64,000 bases of DNA, from contig JANXCS010000003.1 in the NCBI GenBank assembly GCA_025060105.1, positions 147,341 to 211,340 of the forward strand, read 5' to 3'. The DNA comes from Pseudothermotoga sp. GTDB lineage: Bacteria > Thermotogota > Thermotogae > Thermotogales > DSM-5069. The notes below the pieces were generated by a model, which was not told the DNA's origin, did not search any database, and was given only the letters and a program-made list of their open reading frames with translations. Made by a program: the position numbers and the translations under genes. Shown piece by piece: positions 20,200-28,834 of this stretch; position 1 is the first letter of the stretch; every line of letters starts with the position of its first letter.

Positions 20200-22703
20200 G
20201 TGTGAAGTACGGCGATCGGTTCTGCCTTGAGTAAATCGATGAGCTTGCGATCGCTGGTCATCAGTATGATCTGCCTTTCTTTTGAACATTCTTTCAAAAC
20301 ATCCGCAGCACTCTTTAGACGCTCTTCGTCGAACCTTATGAGGAAGTTATCGACGATCAGTGGCAAAGATTCTGCCGGCTCGATGATTTTGTAGAGCGCC
20401 AACTTGTAACAAAGCATCAACTGATCGAGTGTGGCTCTGCTGAGAGTCCCTTTGACCGATTGCAATTCATTCTTCGCCGAAATTCTGATCGATAGATCTT
20501 TATCGACGACCACGTCTTCGGCCATCTTTGAAAACTTTTTGAACATGCCTGTGAAGAGGTTTGCGAAGTTCTTCACATAACTCCCAGTCAATCTTTCAAG
20601 CTCGCTGTTGAGAAAGTGAGAAAGTGACTGTAGTTTTTCTAACTTCCTGTTCAGTATCAAAACTTCTCCCTGAACCAGTGAATACTGTTTCAAAGTGCTT
20701 TTCATCTTCTCGATGAGCACTCCTTCGTCTAAGCTTTTCTCGAGCATTTCCAGGTTGGATCGAAGCTTGTCTGACTCTTCTTGAACGTTTCTGAGCAACT
20801 CTTCAAGCTTGGCTTTTTCCTCCATCATATCCGAAAGATCTACATATTGCCTTTTGAGACAAGATAGATTCACTTCTTCCACACATTTTTTCAACCGTTC
20901 AATCGATTCTCTTTGAAGGTTGAGATTCTCGATCCGGCGCAATCTTTCTCGTGCAGTTTCAACCTCATCGAAACTCGTCAGGCCAAAGTCTGAGAGCAAT
21001 CGATTGAACTTGTAAGTCTTCGATTGTAGATCCTGCTCGAGTGCAGATATATCAGCCTTTATTTTTTCCAAAGATTCCTTCAACTGCATTATTTTCATAT
21101 TCTTCTCATCTATTTGAGAAACCATCTCTTCTAGTCTCAGTATCACACTCGGTACATCCGTGATTTCCACAGCCCCGTAATGTTGAAGCTCTTTCAACAG
21201 ATCCTTCGACTCTTTTTCCAGATCTTTTTTCAATTGCTCGAACTTGTCTTTCTCCCTCAACCATCTTTTGTATCGCTCATAGCTCTCCTTCAACTCCGTA
21301 GTCCCCTTCGCACCGAAGCTCGAAAGGAGCCTTTGTAAGATCGAAACCTTTTTCTTTTCAATGGCTCGAAGTTCCAACTGGCATCTGACCATGTTCTCCT
21401 CATTTTCTGCCAAAGTCTTGTCCAATCTGTATGCATTCAATATTGTGAAGATTGAACTGAATCCTAAACCTCCAGATAGAATGAACCACCAACCAGACAG
21501 GGTGAAACCGAAAATCGCAGAAACAACGGAGGCCAGCAATAAAAAGATACCTACGACACGGAATCTTTTTATCTTGATCTTGAGCTGAGCGTTCTGCTCT
21601 TGAAAAGATCTCAACTTTTCTTGAAGTTGTTGCTCTTCTTGGTTGAGAGCAGATGAAGCTTCTTGTTCTAAACGTTCAAAGAAATCTTCACTCAGACCTT
21701 CGAAGGATTTCCAATGATGTTCGTATTTTGATTCGAATTCCTGCAGTTGCTTGAAGTTCGTTTCGAGCAACTTGTAAGAGAGTTGAAGGTTCTTCATCTT
21801 CAGCTTGAAAGTTTCCAAATCTTCAGTCTTCAACGTTTCGAGCAACTCGTTGCGCTCGTTCAACGTTTTTTGCAAAAGGTTCGAAATCTCCTTCAGTTTT
21901 TCCTTGTGTTCTTTCAAAGCTTCCTCCAATTCATCCAAACGTGATTTTTCTTCTTGAAGTTGCCTGTACTTTTCTTCATCCAACCTCGGTAAGAGCATTT
22001 CTTTTTCGATGGAACTCTCCACCCTCTCCAACTCTCTGTTGAGGCTCTGTTGGATCATTTCTAAACGCTGTTTAAAACTTTCATTCAAACGCACCAATTG
22101 GGCCTTGAGTCCAGCCTGTTCTTTCTCCAACACGGACAATCTGTGTTTCATCTTCGAAATTTCCTCATGCTTTAGGAAAAGTTCCTGTCTGGTCTGCTGA
22201 AATCTTTCGATCTCAAGTTCCAATCGGTGCAATTCTTCCTCGAAACGTTTTTTCTCAGAGAGGAGTTTTTCAAAGTAGGCTGGTATTCTTTCCAACAAAT
22301 CTTTCATCAATTGAGCTTCCTCGATACGTTGAACGTTGTTCTTCAACCTCGCGATGATCGAATCTTGAACTCTTTGAACGGTTACGTCCTCTTCATCGCT
22401 CAGAAAGATCAGACTGTCGGCCAAGCCCTTTTCGAGCAACTGATTCGATGTCGAACAATTCAGAATTTTTTCCCCACCTTCGTACATCAAACAGAGTTCT
22501 CCATCCAGTTCTGACCCATCCCAAGGCTGATACCTCACCAATTCACCTTCGGATAGGCCACAGATGCACGATCGGATGAAGTTGTAGAGAGTCGTTTTAC
22601 CCGATTCGTTGGGTCCGTATATCACGTTCAAACCAGGCTCCAAAGACAGCTGAAAATTTTTGAACTTGCCGAACGCTTTGATGTTCACCCTACGTATCTC
22701 CAC
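20196..22703 (-). CDS. YhaN/SbcE-like SMC/Rad50-type AAA ATPase with long coiled coils and a central TM hairpin
   Basis: 835 aa. N-terminus FGKFKN...GLNVIYGPNESGKTT (Walker A). C-terminus LSRATLDQLMLCYKLAL (signature-like) and LPLIVDNFLIRFDEERL (Walker B region). Hydrophobic hairpin at about residues 383-423. Confidence 0.8.
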   Translation of the reverse strand: MEIRRVNIKAFGKFKNFQLSLEPGLNVIYGPNESGKTTLYNFIRSCICGLSEGELVRYQPWDGSELDGELCLMYEGGEKILNCSTSNQLLEKGLADSLIFLSDEEDVTVQRVQDSIIARLKNNVQRIEEAQLMKDLLERIPAYFEKLLSEKKRFEEELHRLELEIERFQQTRQELFLKHEEISKMKHRLSVLEKEQAGLKAQLVRLNESFKQRLEMIQQSLNRELERVESSIEKEMLLPRLDEEKYRQLQEEKSRLDELEEALKEHKEKLKEISNLLQKTLNERNELLETLKTEDLETFKLKMKNLQLSYKLLETNFKQLQEFESKYEHHWKSFEGLSEDFFERLEQEASSALNQEEQQLQEKLRSFQEQNAQLKIKIKRFRVVGIFLLLASVVSAIFGFTLSGWWFILSGGLGFSSIFTILNAYRLDKTLAENEENMVRCQLELRAIEKKKVSILQRLLSSFGAKGTTELKESYERYKRWLREKDKFEQLKKDLEKESKDLLKELQHYGAVEITDVPSVILRLEEMVSQIDEKNMKIMQLKESLEKIKADISALEQDLQSKTYKFNRLLSDFGLTSFDEVETARERLRRIENLNLQRESIERLKKCVEEVNLSCLKRQYVDLSDMMEEKAKLEELLRNVQEESDKLRSNLEMLEKSLDEGVLIEKMKSTLKQYSLVQGEVLILNRKLEKLQSLSHFLNSELERLTGSYVKNFANLFTGMFKKFSKMAEDVVVDKDLSIRISAKNELQSVKGTLSRATLDQLMLCYKLALYKIIEPAESLPLIVDNFLIRFDEERLKSAADVLKECSKERQIILMTSDRKLIDLLKAEPIAVLHT

Positions 22704-22713
22704 CGTTTCACCC

Positions 22714-23331
22714 CTACAGGCTTAGAATCTCTATCAACAAACATCTCAATTGTTCTGGACATTTTTCAAATATCTTTTTCTCCGATTCTTTCTCAGGGTT
22801 CCCGCAAGTTCGGAAAACGAAGACCCCCAGTTGTGAAAGCTCACGTGCCTTTTCCTTCGTCACGACATCCACAGTGTAGACGAACTGTCCCTCTTCAGGG
22901 ATGTTCAGCACGTCTTTTTGAACTGGTCTACAACCTTTCACTGAGCTTTTAACGAAACTGAAGGTGGCGTTTTCCTCCACACAGAAAACCGGTTGCTCGA
23001 CCTCTAAAGGATTCGAAGAAAAACTCGGACACACCGTTTCGAATGAATCGAAGATCAAAACGTTTCTGGGGAGAGTCAAACGAGCCAGTGGTGAGTTACG
23101 ATCACACAACTTGAGCACTTTATCGTTCGGTACGAGGGACAACACCTCGATTATCTGGCCAGGCATCGCGAGATCTCCAAAGAGTTCCCAAGCGAACAAC
23201 TCTTCGGCATCCAAGCTCAAAAACTCTGTAAAAATTGCTTTCTTTATCTTCTGTACTTGCTCGAAATCCAATGGAAAATGAAAATCTTTGATGTCGAACA
23301 ACCTGAGGTTCGCCAAATGAGCTTTCCTCAA
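22714..23331 (-). CDS. Hypothetical protein (205 aa), no recognisable domain
   Basis: The ORF sits between mmtA (4-nt overlap) and the YhaN-like gene (10-nt gap). I could not assign any confident motif. Confidence 0.5.
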   Translation of the reverse strand: MRKAHLANLRLFDIKDFHFPLDFEQVQKIKKAIFTEFLSLDAEELFAWELFGDLAMPGQIIEVLSLVPNDKVLKLCDRNSPLARLTLPRNVLIFDSFETVCPSFSSNPLEVEQPVFCVEENATFSFVKSSVKGCRPVQKDVLNIPEEGQFVYTVDVVTKEKARELSQLGVFVFRTCGNPEKESEKKIFEKCPEQLRCLLIEILSL

Positions 23332-25337
23332 ACTTCATTCACCCGCCTGAATTTGAGAATGTACAACTTGAATCCGAGCTGAGGAAGTTCACAATCGAGT
23401 TTCATCGAAACGTTCTCTTGTTTCCATCCAGCTCCATCCCAGGAATGAACCTTCTCCACTTCGATCTCTTCACCCAGAGTGCGATCGAGCAGGACGCTGA
23501 CGTTGCTGGCGGTTGTCTTCAAGTTGGCCAGCACGATCAGGGCGGTGTCGTGAGTCCAATAAGATGCGTTACAGATGGTGCCGTCCTGCCAACTGAGATA
23601 GACAGGTTTATACTGTCCATCAGTTATCAGGTCCAAAAACTGATTCCTTATTCCGATGAGTTCGCTGAGAAAATCGATGAGGTCTGTTCTGTGCCAGTGT
23701 AAAACGTAGTGGTCAAAGAAGGCGAGCTTACCTTGAAATTCATCGTCACAGCTCAACGTGAACCTACCACACGCATCGTTGTCCAAGCCGAGGTTCATTG
23801 GCTGAGTCTCTTCTATCTCTTGACCACAGTTCAACGTCATCACACCGTTCTTCGAGAAGGCACACAGAAATGGTAAAAGGTATTTGAGCCTTTGAGCCTC
23901 TCTTCTAACTGCAACCCGCGGAGTATCAGGTGTTTCAGCCGCGGCCAAGAATGGTAAAACCATGTTGCACGAAAGAGTCTGGAAAAATTCGTAAGTCTTG
24001 TCTGGAAATCTAGGCAACATCCACCAACTGTTTCCAACCACAACGTCGTAGCCAGCTTTGGCGGCTTCTGCCGCTCTGTGAGGTTCGAGCTCTTCCGCAA
24101 TAAAAACGAACGCAGGATCGATTCTTCGGGCGTTGCTCATGATCATCTGCTGAAGCTCTGCCGGGAGTGCGTGACCCATGTCTAACCTCACGCCATCTAC
24201 ACCGTATTTCTTTTGAAATTGTGGAAGGATCGATGCGATGTATTCCCAAAGCTCTGAATTGCTCTTCTCTCCAGGGAAGCGACTCGCTTTGATGACGTCG
24301 AAAAGTACGTACGGGGGCTGTTCCTCTCCAACCTTTCCCCTCGCGGTGATCGGGTGATCCAGATACAACCTCAAGAACGTCACATCGTCCCAGGTCGGCT
24401 GTGGGTCGTTCACCCAATCGGAAAAACCAGGTGCCGTGATCACCCCGAAATGTTTTGCGATCTCGTAAATGAGGTTTTCTTCCCGACAATCTTTCACGAA
24501 ATTGTGCCATTTTTGTGGGTTCAGCTTTGAAGGGTCTTGACTGAACTTATCGAGGTGCGCTCGAACGTTGGGTAAATCGTACAGATCACGCATCTGTTCG
24601 AAGGTTGGTTGACAGAAACCAAGTTTCTCGATCTTTGGTGGGGCGTAACTGGAAAGCGCTTCGAGCTTCACCCAGTAGAACCATTCTGGATGGCTCAAGA
24701 TCAGATTGCAGTCCCTAGCGGCCGTACGGGGGATGAAGTCCAGCACGACCCTGATACCCACCATGTGACAAGCTTGAACGAAAGCTTTGAATTCGTCTTC
24801 AAGGTGCCAACCTTCAAGGAGCGGATCGTGATATCTTCGATCTATCCTCAAAAAATCCTTCACCGCGTACGGTGAACCAACTTCACCTTTTTTGAACACG
24901 TCGCTCGATTCGGTTATGGGTAAAAGATAGAGCGTGTTCACTCCGAGTTTCTTCAGATGTGGTAACAGTGCCGTCATTTTGAGAAAAGTTCCACTCTCTC
25001 GATAACCTAGTACATCGTCCTGTTCGAACCTTCCAAAACCTTTGTGGTTGTAGGCGCTGTTGGTGCGGACCAAACTACTGTACAGAACGGCCCGCTTTAT
25101 CCACTCCCTGCTAGACTCACCCCTCTGCAAGCTCAAAGACTCGCCAACTTTGGCATCGAAGATCTTGTTTTCTTCCAACCACTTTCGAAGGTATGAATAG
25201 AAAACCGCAGGATCGACGAAAACCTTTTCACCTTCCACTCTCGAAGGACCTCTGTACCAACCTTCGAGCCAGACCTTCGGTAAACAGTAATCCATCCTAC
25301 CTTTAGATTTCACACTACTCAACATCTCGAAAACCAC
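23328..25337 (-). CDS. mmtA: GH13 alpha-amylase-family enzyme, maltosyltransferase (MmtA)-like
   Basis: 669 aa. Long stretches match T. maritima maltosyltransferase as I recall it (AYNHKG, YLLP, DFIPRTAARD, DPQPTWDDVTFLRLYLDHP, GVRLDMGHALP, IAEELE). Confidence 0.8.
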   Translation of the reverse strand: MVFEMLSSVKSKGRMDYCLPKVWLEGWYRGPSRVEGEKVFVDPAVFYSYLRKWLEENKIFDAKVGESLSLQRGESSREWIKRAVLYSSLVRTNSAYNHKGFGRFEQDDVLGYRESGTFLKMTALLPHLKKLGVNTLYLLPITESSDVFKKGEVGSPYAVKDFLRIDRRYHDPLLEGWHLEDEFKAFVQACHMVGIRVVLDFIPRTAARDCNLILSHPEWFYWVKLEALSSYAPPKIEKLGFCQPTFEQMRDLYDLPNVRAHLDKFSQDPSKLNPQKWHNFVKDCREENLIYEIAKHFGVITAPGFSDWVNDPQPTWDDVTFLRLYLDHPITARGKVGEEQPPYVLFDVIKASRFPGEKSNSELWEYIASILPQFQKKYGVDGVRLDMGHALPAELQQMIMSNARRIDPAFVFIAEELEPHRAAEAAKAGYDVVVGNSWWMLPRFPDKTYEFFQTLSCNMVLPFLAAAETPDTPRVAVRREAQRLKYLLPFLCAFSKNGVMTLNCGQEIEETQPMNLGLDNDACGRFTLSCDDEFQGKLAFFDHYVLHWHRTDLIDFLSELIGIRNQFLDLITDGQYKPVYLSWQDGTICNASYWTHDTALIVLANLKTTASNVSVLLDRTLGEEIEVEKVHSWDGAGWKQENVSMKLDCELPQLGFKLYILKFRRVNEV

Positions 25338-25348
25338 TTGTTATCACC

Positions 25349-26554
25349 TCAAAAGTTTTCCAGATATCTCTCCTGCTCATCGGTGAGTTCATCTATCTCC
25401 ACACCCATGCTTGCCAATTTCATCTCGGCGATCTCCTCGTCGATGTGCTTGGGAACCGGATAAACGCCAGGTTCAAGCTTCACATCCGCAAGGTATATCA
25501 GTGATAACGCTTGTACAGCGAAAGAAAGATCCATTATCTCCACAGGATGTCCGTCGGCGGCGGCCAAGTTCACCAGTCTCCCTTCCGCCAACAGATACAG
25601 TGTTCTGCCGTTCGATAATCTGTAAGCGGTCACGTTCGGCCTGGCTTCGAATTTTTCGACACAGATTCTCTCTAAAGTTTTTACGTCAACTTCTACGTCG
25701 AAATGTCCCGCGTTGGCCAGAATGGCACCATCTTTCATCTGCATGAACTCATTTTCACTGATCACTTTTGTATTCCCAGTCACCGTTATGAAGAAATCTC
25801 CCAGCTTCGCAGCCTGTGAGATCTTCATCACATCGAATCCATCCATCAACGCTTCCAGTGCCTTCACTGGGTCCACCTCGGTCACTATGACCCGTGCACC
25901 CAATCCCCTCGCACGCATCGCCACACCCTTACCGCACCAACCGTAGCCACACACCACCACCACTTTTCCAGCCACGGTGAGGTTCGTGTTCCTCATGATG
26001 CTATCCCATGTGGACTGACCTGTACCGTAACGGTTGTCGAAAAGATGTTTCGTGAAAGCGTCGTTCACGGCGATCACTGGAACTGTGAGTAAACCGTTTT
26101 TCTGCAACGCTCTGAGTCTCCTCAAACCTGTCGTCGTCTCTTCGGTGACACCCCTCAAGCGTTTCAACCCTTCTTTGAACTCCGTGTGTGCCGTCACCGT
26201 GAGGTCGGCCCCGTCGTCCAGGATCAAATCCGGCTGGGTTGAAAGAACGTCCTTGATGCCTTTTAAATACACTTGCTCATCGCTGGTTCGCTTTGCGTAT
26301 ACGATCAAACCTCTCTCTCGCAGAGCTTCCGCCACATCGTCTTGAGTGCTCAAAGGATTGCTACCCGTCACCACCACCTCGGCTCCCAAATCTCTGAGCA
26401 ACAACGCGAGCCTGGCCGTTTTCGCTTCGAGGTGTATGGACATACCGATGCGAAGCCCCCTCAATGGCTTTTTGTGTTCGTACTTTTCCTCGATCGATCT
26501 TAAAAGAGGCATGAATTTGTAGACCCAATCGATCTTGACGTGCCCAGATTTCAA
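25349..26554 (-). CDS. ahcY: Adenosylhomocysteinase (short archaeal/Thermotoga type)
   Basis: 401 aa. HLEAKTA, SNPLSTQDDVAEAL, EETTTG, DNRYGTGQS and GYGWCGKG motifs. TTG start. Confidence 0.95.
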   Translation of the reverse strand: MKSGHVKIDWVYKFMPLLRSIEEKYEHKKPLRGLRIGMSIHLEAKTARLALLLRDLGAEVVVTGSNPLSTQDDVAEALRERGLIVYAKRTSDEQVYLKGIKDVLSTQPDLILDDGADLTVTAHTEFKEGLKRLRGVTEETTTGLRRLRALQKNGLLTVPVIAVNDAFTKHLFDNRYGTGQSTWDSIMRNTNLTVAGKVVVVCGYGWCGKGVAMRARGLGARVIVTEVDPVKALEALMDGFDVMKISQAAKLGDFFITVTGNTKVISENEFMQMKDGAILANAGHFDVEVDVKTLERICVEKFEARPNVTAYRLSNGRTLYLLAEGRLVNLAAADGHPVEIMDLSFAVQALSLIYLADVKLEPGVYPVPKHIDEEIAEMKLASMGVEIDELTDEQERYLENF

Positions 26555-26569
26555 AATCCTCCCCCTCCT

Positions 26570-27610
26570 TCAGAAGAAGCGTCTCACCAATTTTATGGCC
26601 CCCTGCGGACAAACTTCGTGACACACGTAACACTTGATGCACTTATCGTAATCTATCTTGAATTCGTCTATGTCTATCGCCTTCGCGGGACACCTTTCTT
26701 CACATATTTTACAGCGAATGCACATGGACTTCGAAATCTTTGGAGAGCGGAACAAAGATCGCGCGATCTTTTGTAGGGAAGATGGAACTGGTAAAACCGA
26801 GACGGTGTTCGGAAGCTGTATTTGGTTAATCCAGTTTCCTTCAACAACGTGATCACTTATCAAACCCCTTCGCATCGATTCACGAACCGTGTAAACGATC
26901 ATTGGCTCGATGTTCAACCTCTTGCACAGTGCAAAATCGAGTGTGAATCCATCCGTTCCAACCGCGATCACACCGAAATGCTTAGTTTTACCGTTCGCTG
27001 GGCCGTTAGCTTCCATGCCAACGATTCCGTCGATTATGTTGAGAACTGGTTTCACCAAACGGTGAACGTCCACTAAAAGGGCCGCAAAATTTTCGTTCGT
27101 TCCACACCTCATATGCCAGCCAGACTTTTCCAACCCCGGTACACAACCAAAAGTGTTCTTCACAGCCAGGGTGAGAACCATTTGAGAATGCGTTTTCAAT
27201 TTTGCGAGATTGATGACTTTGTCGACCTCAAAGATCCTTCTGTCTATGTGTATTTTTTTGTAGATCTGCCCATCCACGCTGACGGGTTGATCCAGCTCGA
27301 AGATGGGTACGTTCAAATCTTGACACACATCTCTGATCCCAGTTTTTTCCGCGATCTTTTCGAAATTTCCTGAAGCTGGACTGTCAGCCACGATCGCTCG
27401 ACACTTCAAAGTGTGCAAAAACCGTAGCACCGTCTGGAGAACTGCAGGATGGGTCGTCACACCTTCTTCTGGTCTGCGAGCTGAAAGCATGTTGGGTTTC
27501 ACTAACACCGTGTCGCCAGGTTCGAAGAGATGAACATGCTTCAGTAAAATCTTCGTCAGCACTTCGCCAACATCGAAATAAGAATCACAAGGTTGCAAAA
27601 AAATCTTCAT
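26570..27610 (-). CDS. DUF362-domain protein with a C-terminal 2x[4Fe-4S] ferredoxin domain
   Basis: 346 aa. The C-terminus carries CIRCKICEERCP and CIKCYVCHEVCP. The N-terminal body (VLVKPNMLS..., HSQM..LAVKN.FG) looks DUF362-like. Confidence 0.75.
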   Translation of the reverse strand: MKIFLQPCDSYFDVGEVLTKILLKHVHLFEPGDTVLVKPNMLSARRPEEGVTTHPAVLQTVLRFLHTLKCRAIVADSPASGNFEKIAEKTGIRDVCQDLNVPIFELDQPVSVDGQIYKKIHIDRRIFEVDKVINLAKLKTHSQMVLTLAVKNTFGCVPGLEKSGWHMRCGTNENFAALLVDVHRLVKPVLNIIDGIVGMEANGPANGKTKHFGVIAVGTDGFTLDFALCKRLNIEPMIVYTVRESMRRGLISDHVVEGNWINQIQLPNTVSVLPVPSSLQKIARSLFRSPKISKSMCIRCKICEERCPAKAIDIDEFKIDYDKCIKCYVCHEVCPQGAIKLVRRFF

Positions 27611-27705
27611 AAAATCCTCCCGTCATGAATTTGTTGTGTATTTGCTTGAACACTATTCGCTCCAAGTTCTATCTTAGTTTATCATCAGTTTGGTGGAGGA
27701 TTGCG

Positions 27706-28614
27706 ATGACCAAGGTTGTGATAAGCCAAGTTCTGATGATTTTTCTTTTGGTTGGATTCGGATTCGTTCTGAAGAAGATAAAACTGTTGAACGATGGATT
27801 CACGAAGAGTAGCTCGGACTTGATCGTGTACGTCACGTTGCCCGCGATGATAATCAGTTCGATGGACAGAGATTTCTCCAGCGAGGTCGCCAAAACCTCC
27901 CTGCAGATTTTCCTTCTCGGTGCCGTCATGTACGCCTGCACGACGATTCTGGCTTATTTCTTCGTCTCAGTGAAAAAGTTCGATGAAGATCAGCGCGGAG
28001 TCTACATGTACATGATCATCTTTGGAAACGTGGGGTATCTTGGTTATCCAGTTTCGGCCATCCTGTTTGGAAGTATAGGAGTTTTCTATTCTGCTGTCTT
28101 CAACATCTGGTTCAACTTGCTGACGTGGACGCTCGGTGTGAGCATCATGTCACGCAGTAAGTTGAGCCTATCGAAGATCTTGTTGAATCCAGGCTTGATT
28201 TCAACTCTTCTAGGTTTGCTCATATTCCTCACACCTTTGACGATACCAACGACGGTGAAGTCAGTCCTCGACAGTGTTGGTTCTATGACGACTCCCTTAG
28301 CGATGTTCCTCGTGGGTGCCTTTTTGGCAGAAGCACACTTGAAGGATTTCATAGCGAAGATCGATCTGTATTTCGCTTCGATTTTGAAACTGGTCGTTGC
28401 GCCGCTCATGGTTTATTTGTGCGTCAAGTATCTGAAGACCGATTCGATAGTCAAGATGCTCCCCGTCATGATGGCGGGTATGCCCTCGGGTGTGAACACG
28501 GCCATCTTCGCAAGGATGTTCAACAGAGACTACAAGCTGGCGGCCCAAGGAGTGGTGCTTTCCACGGCCCTTTCGATGATCAGTCTACCGCTTTTGATCG
28601 TTCTCATCGTGTAA
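27706..28614 (+). CDS. AEC-family (auxin efflux carrier) transporter
   Basis: About 302 aa with about 10 predicted TM helices in the AEC-family pattern. ATG at 27706 with SD GGTGGAGG 6 nt upstream. The ORF track start at 27625 lacks an SD. Confidence 0.8.
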   Translation: MTKVVISQVLMIFLLVGFGFVLKKIKLLNDGFTKSSSDLIVYVTLPAMIISSMDRDFSSEVAKTSLQIFLLGAVMYACTTILAYFFVSVKKFDEDQRGVYMYMIIFGNVGYLGYPVSAILFGSIGVFYSAVFNIWFNLLTWTLGVSIMSRSKLSLSKILLNPGLISTLLGLLIFLTPLTIPTTVKSVLDSVGSMTTPLAMFLVGAFLAEAHLKDFIAKIDLYFASILKLVVAPLMVYLCVKYLKTDSIVKMLPVMMAGMPSGVNTAIFARMFNRDYKLAAQGVVLSTALSMISLPLLIVLIV

Positions 28615-28654
28615 TTTCTCAGAAAGGAAACTCTCGTTCTACTTTACTCTCTAC

Positions 28655-28682
28655 TTGAATCGTTCAAAGGATGTGGTAAAAT
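28655..28682 (+). promoter_or_regulatory. Putative promoter for tRNA-Leu
   Basis: TTGAAT (28655-28660), a 16-nt spacer, then an extended -10 TGgTAAAAT (28674-28682), about 11 nt before the tRNA 5' end. Confidence 0.45.
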
Positions 28683-28693
28683 CAAAAATGAGC

Positions 28694-28784
28694 GCCGAGG
28701 TGGCGGAACTGGCAGACGCGACTGACTCAAAATCAGTTGAGGGTTGACCCCCTCGTGCGGGTTCGACTCCCGCCCTCGGCACCA
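28694..28784 (+). tRNA. tRNA-Leu (anticodon CAA), type II with a long variable arm and an encoded CCA
   Basis: Hand-folded. Acceptor GCCGAGG/CCTCGGC, 3-bp D stem GCG/CGC, anticodon stem ACTGA/TCAGT with loop CTCAAAA, 19-nt variable arm, T arm GCGGG-TTCGACT-CCCGC, discriminator A followed by CCA. Confidence 0.9.
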
Positions 28785-28785
28785 A

Positions 28786-28807
28786 CCCGCCAAAAAGGCG
28801 GGTTTTT
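28786..28807 (+). terminator. Rho-independent terminator after tRNA-Leu
   Basis: CCCGCC-aaaaa-GGCGGG hairpin followed by TTTTT. Confidence 0.75.
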
Positions 28808-28834
28808 CTGTGTTAAAATCTGTTGGGAGCAGCG

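Noticed and set aside
22714-23331. Classifying the 205-aa and YhaN-like pair as a known anti-phage system (Lamassu, Wadjet, Septu, Gabija or PARIS type).
   Set aside because: - No nuclease, Toprim, HNH, helicase or DUF4194/DUF3375-like partner is recognisable.
- The ATPase end motifs and central hydrophobic hairpin fit YhaN/SbcE-type proteins better.
- The neighbours are housekeeping genes.

Defence remains untested rather than supported.
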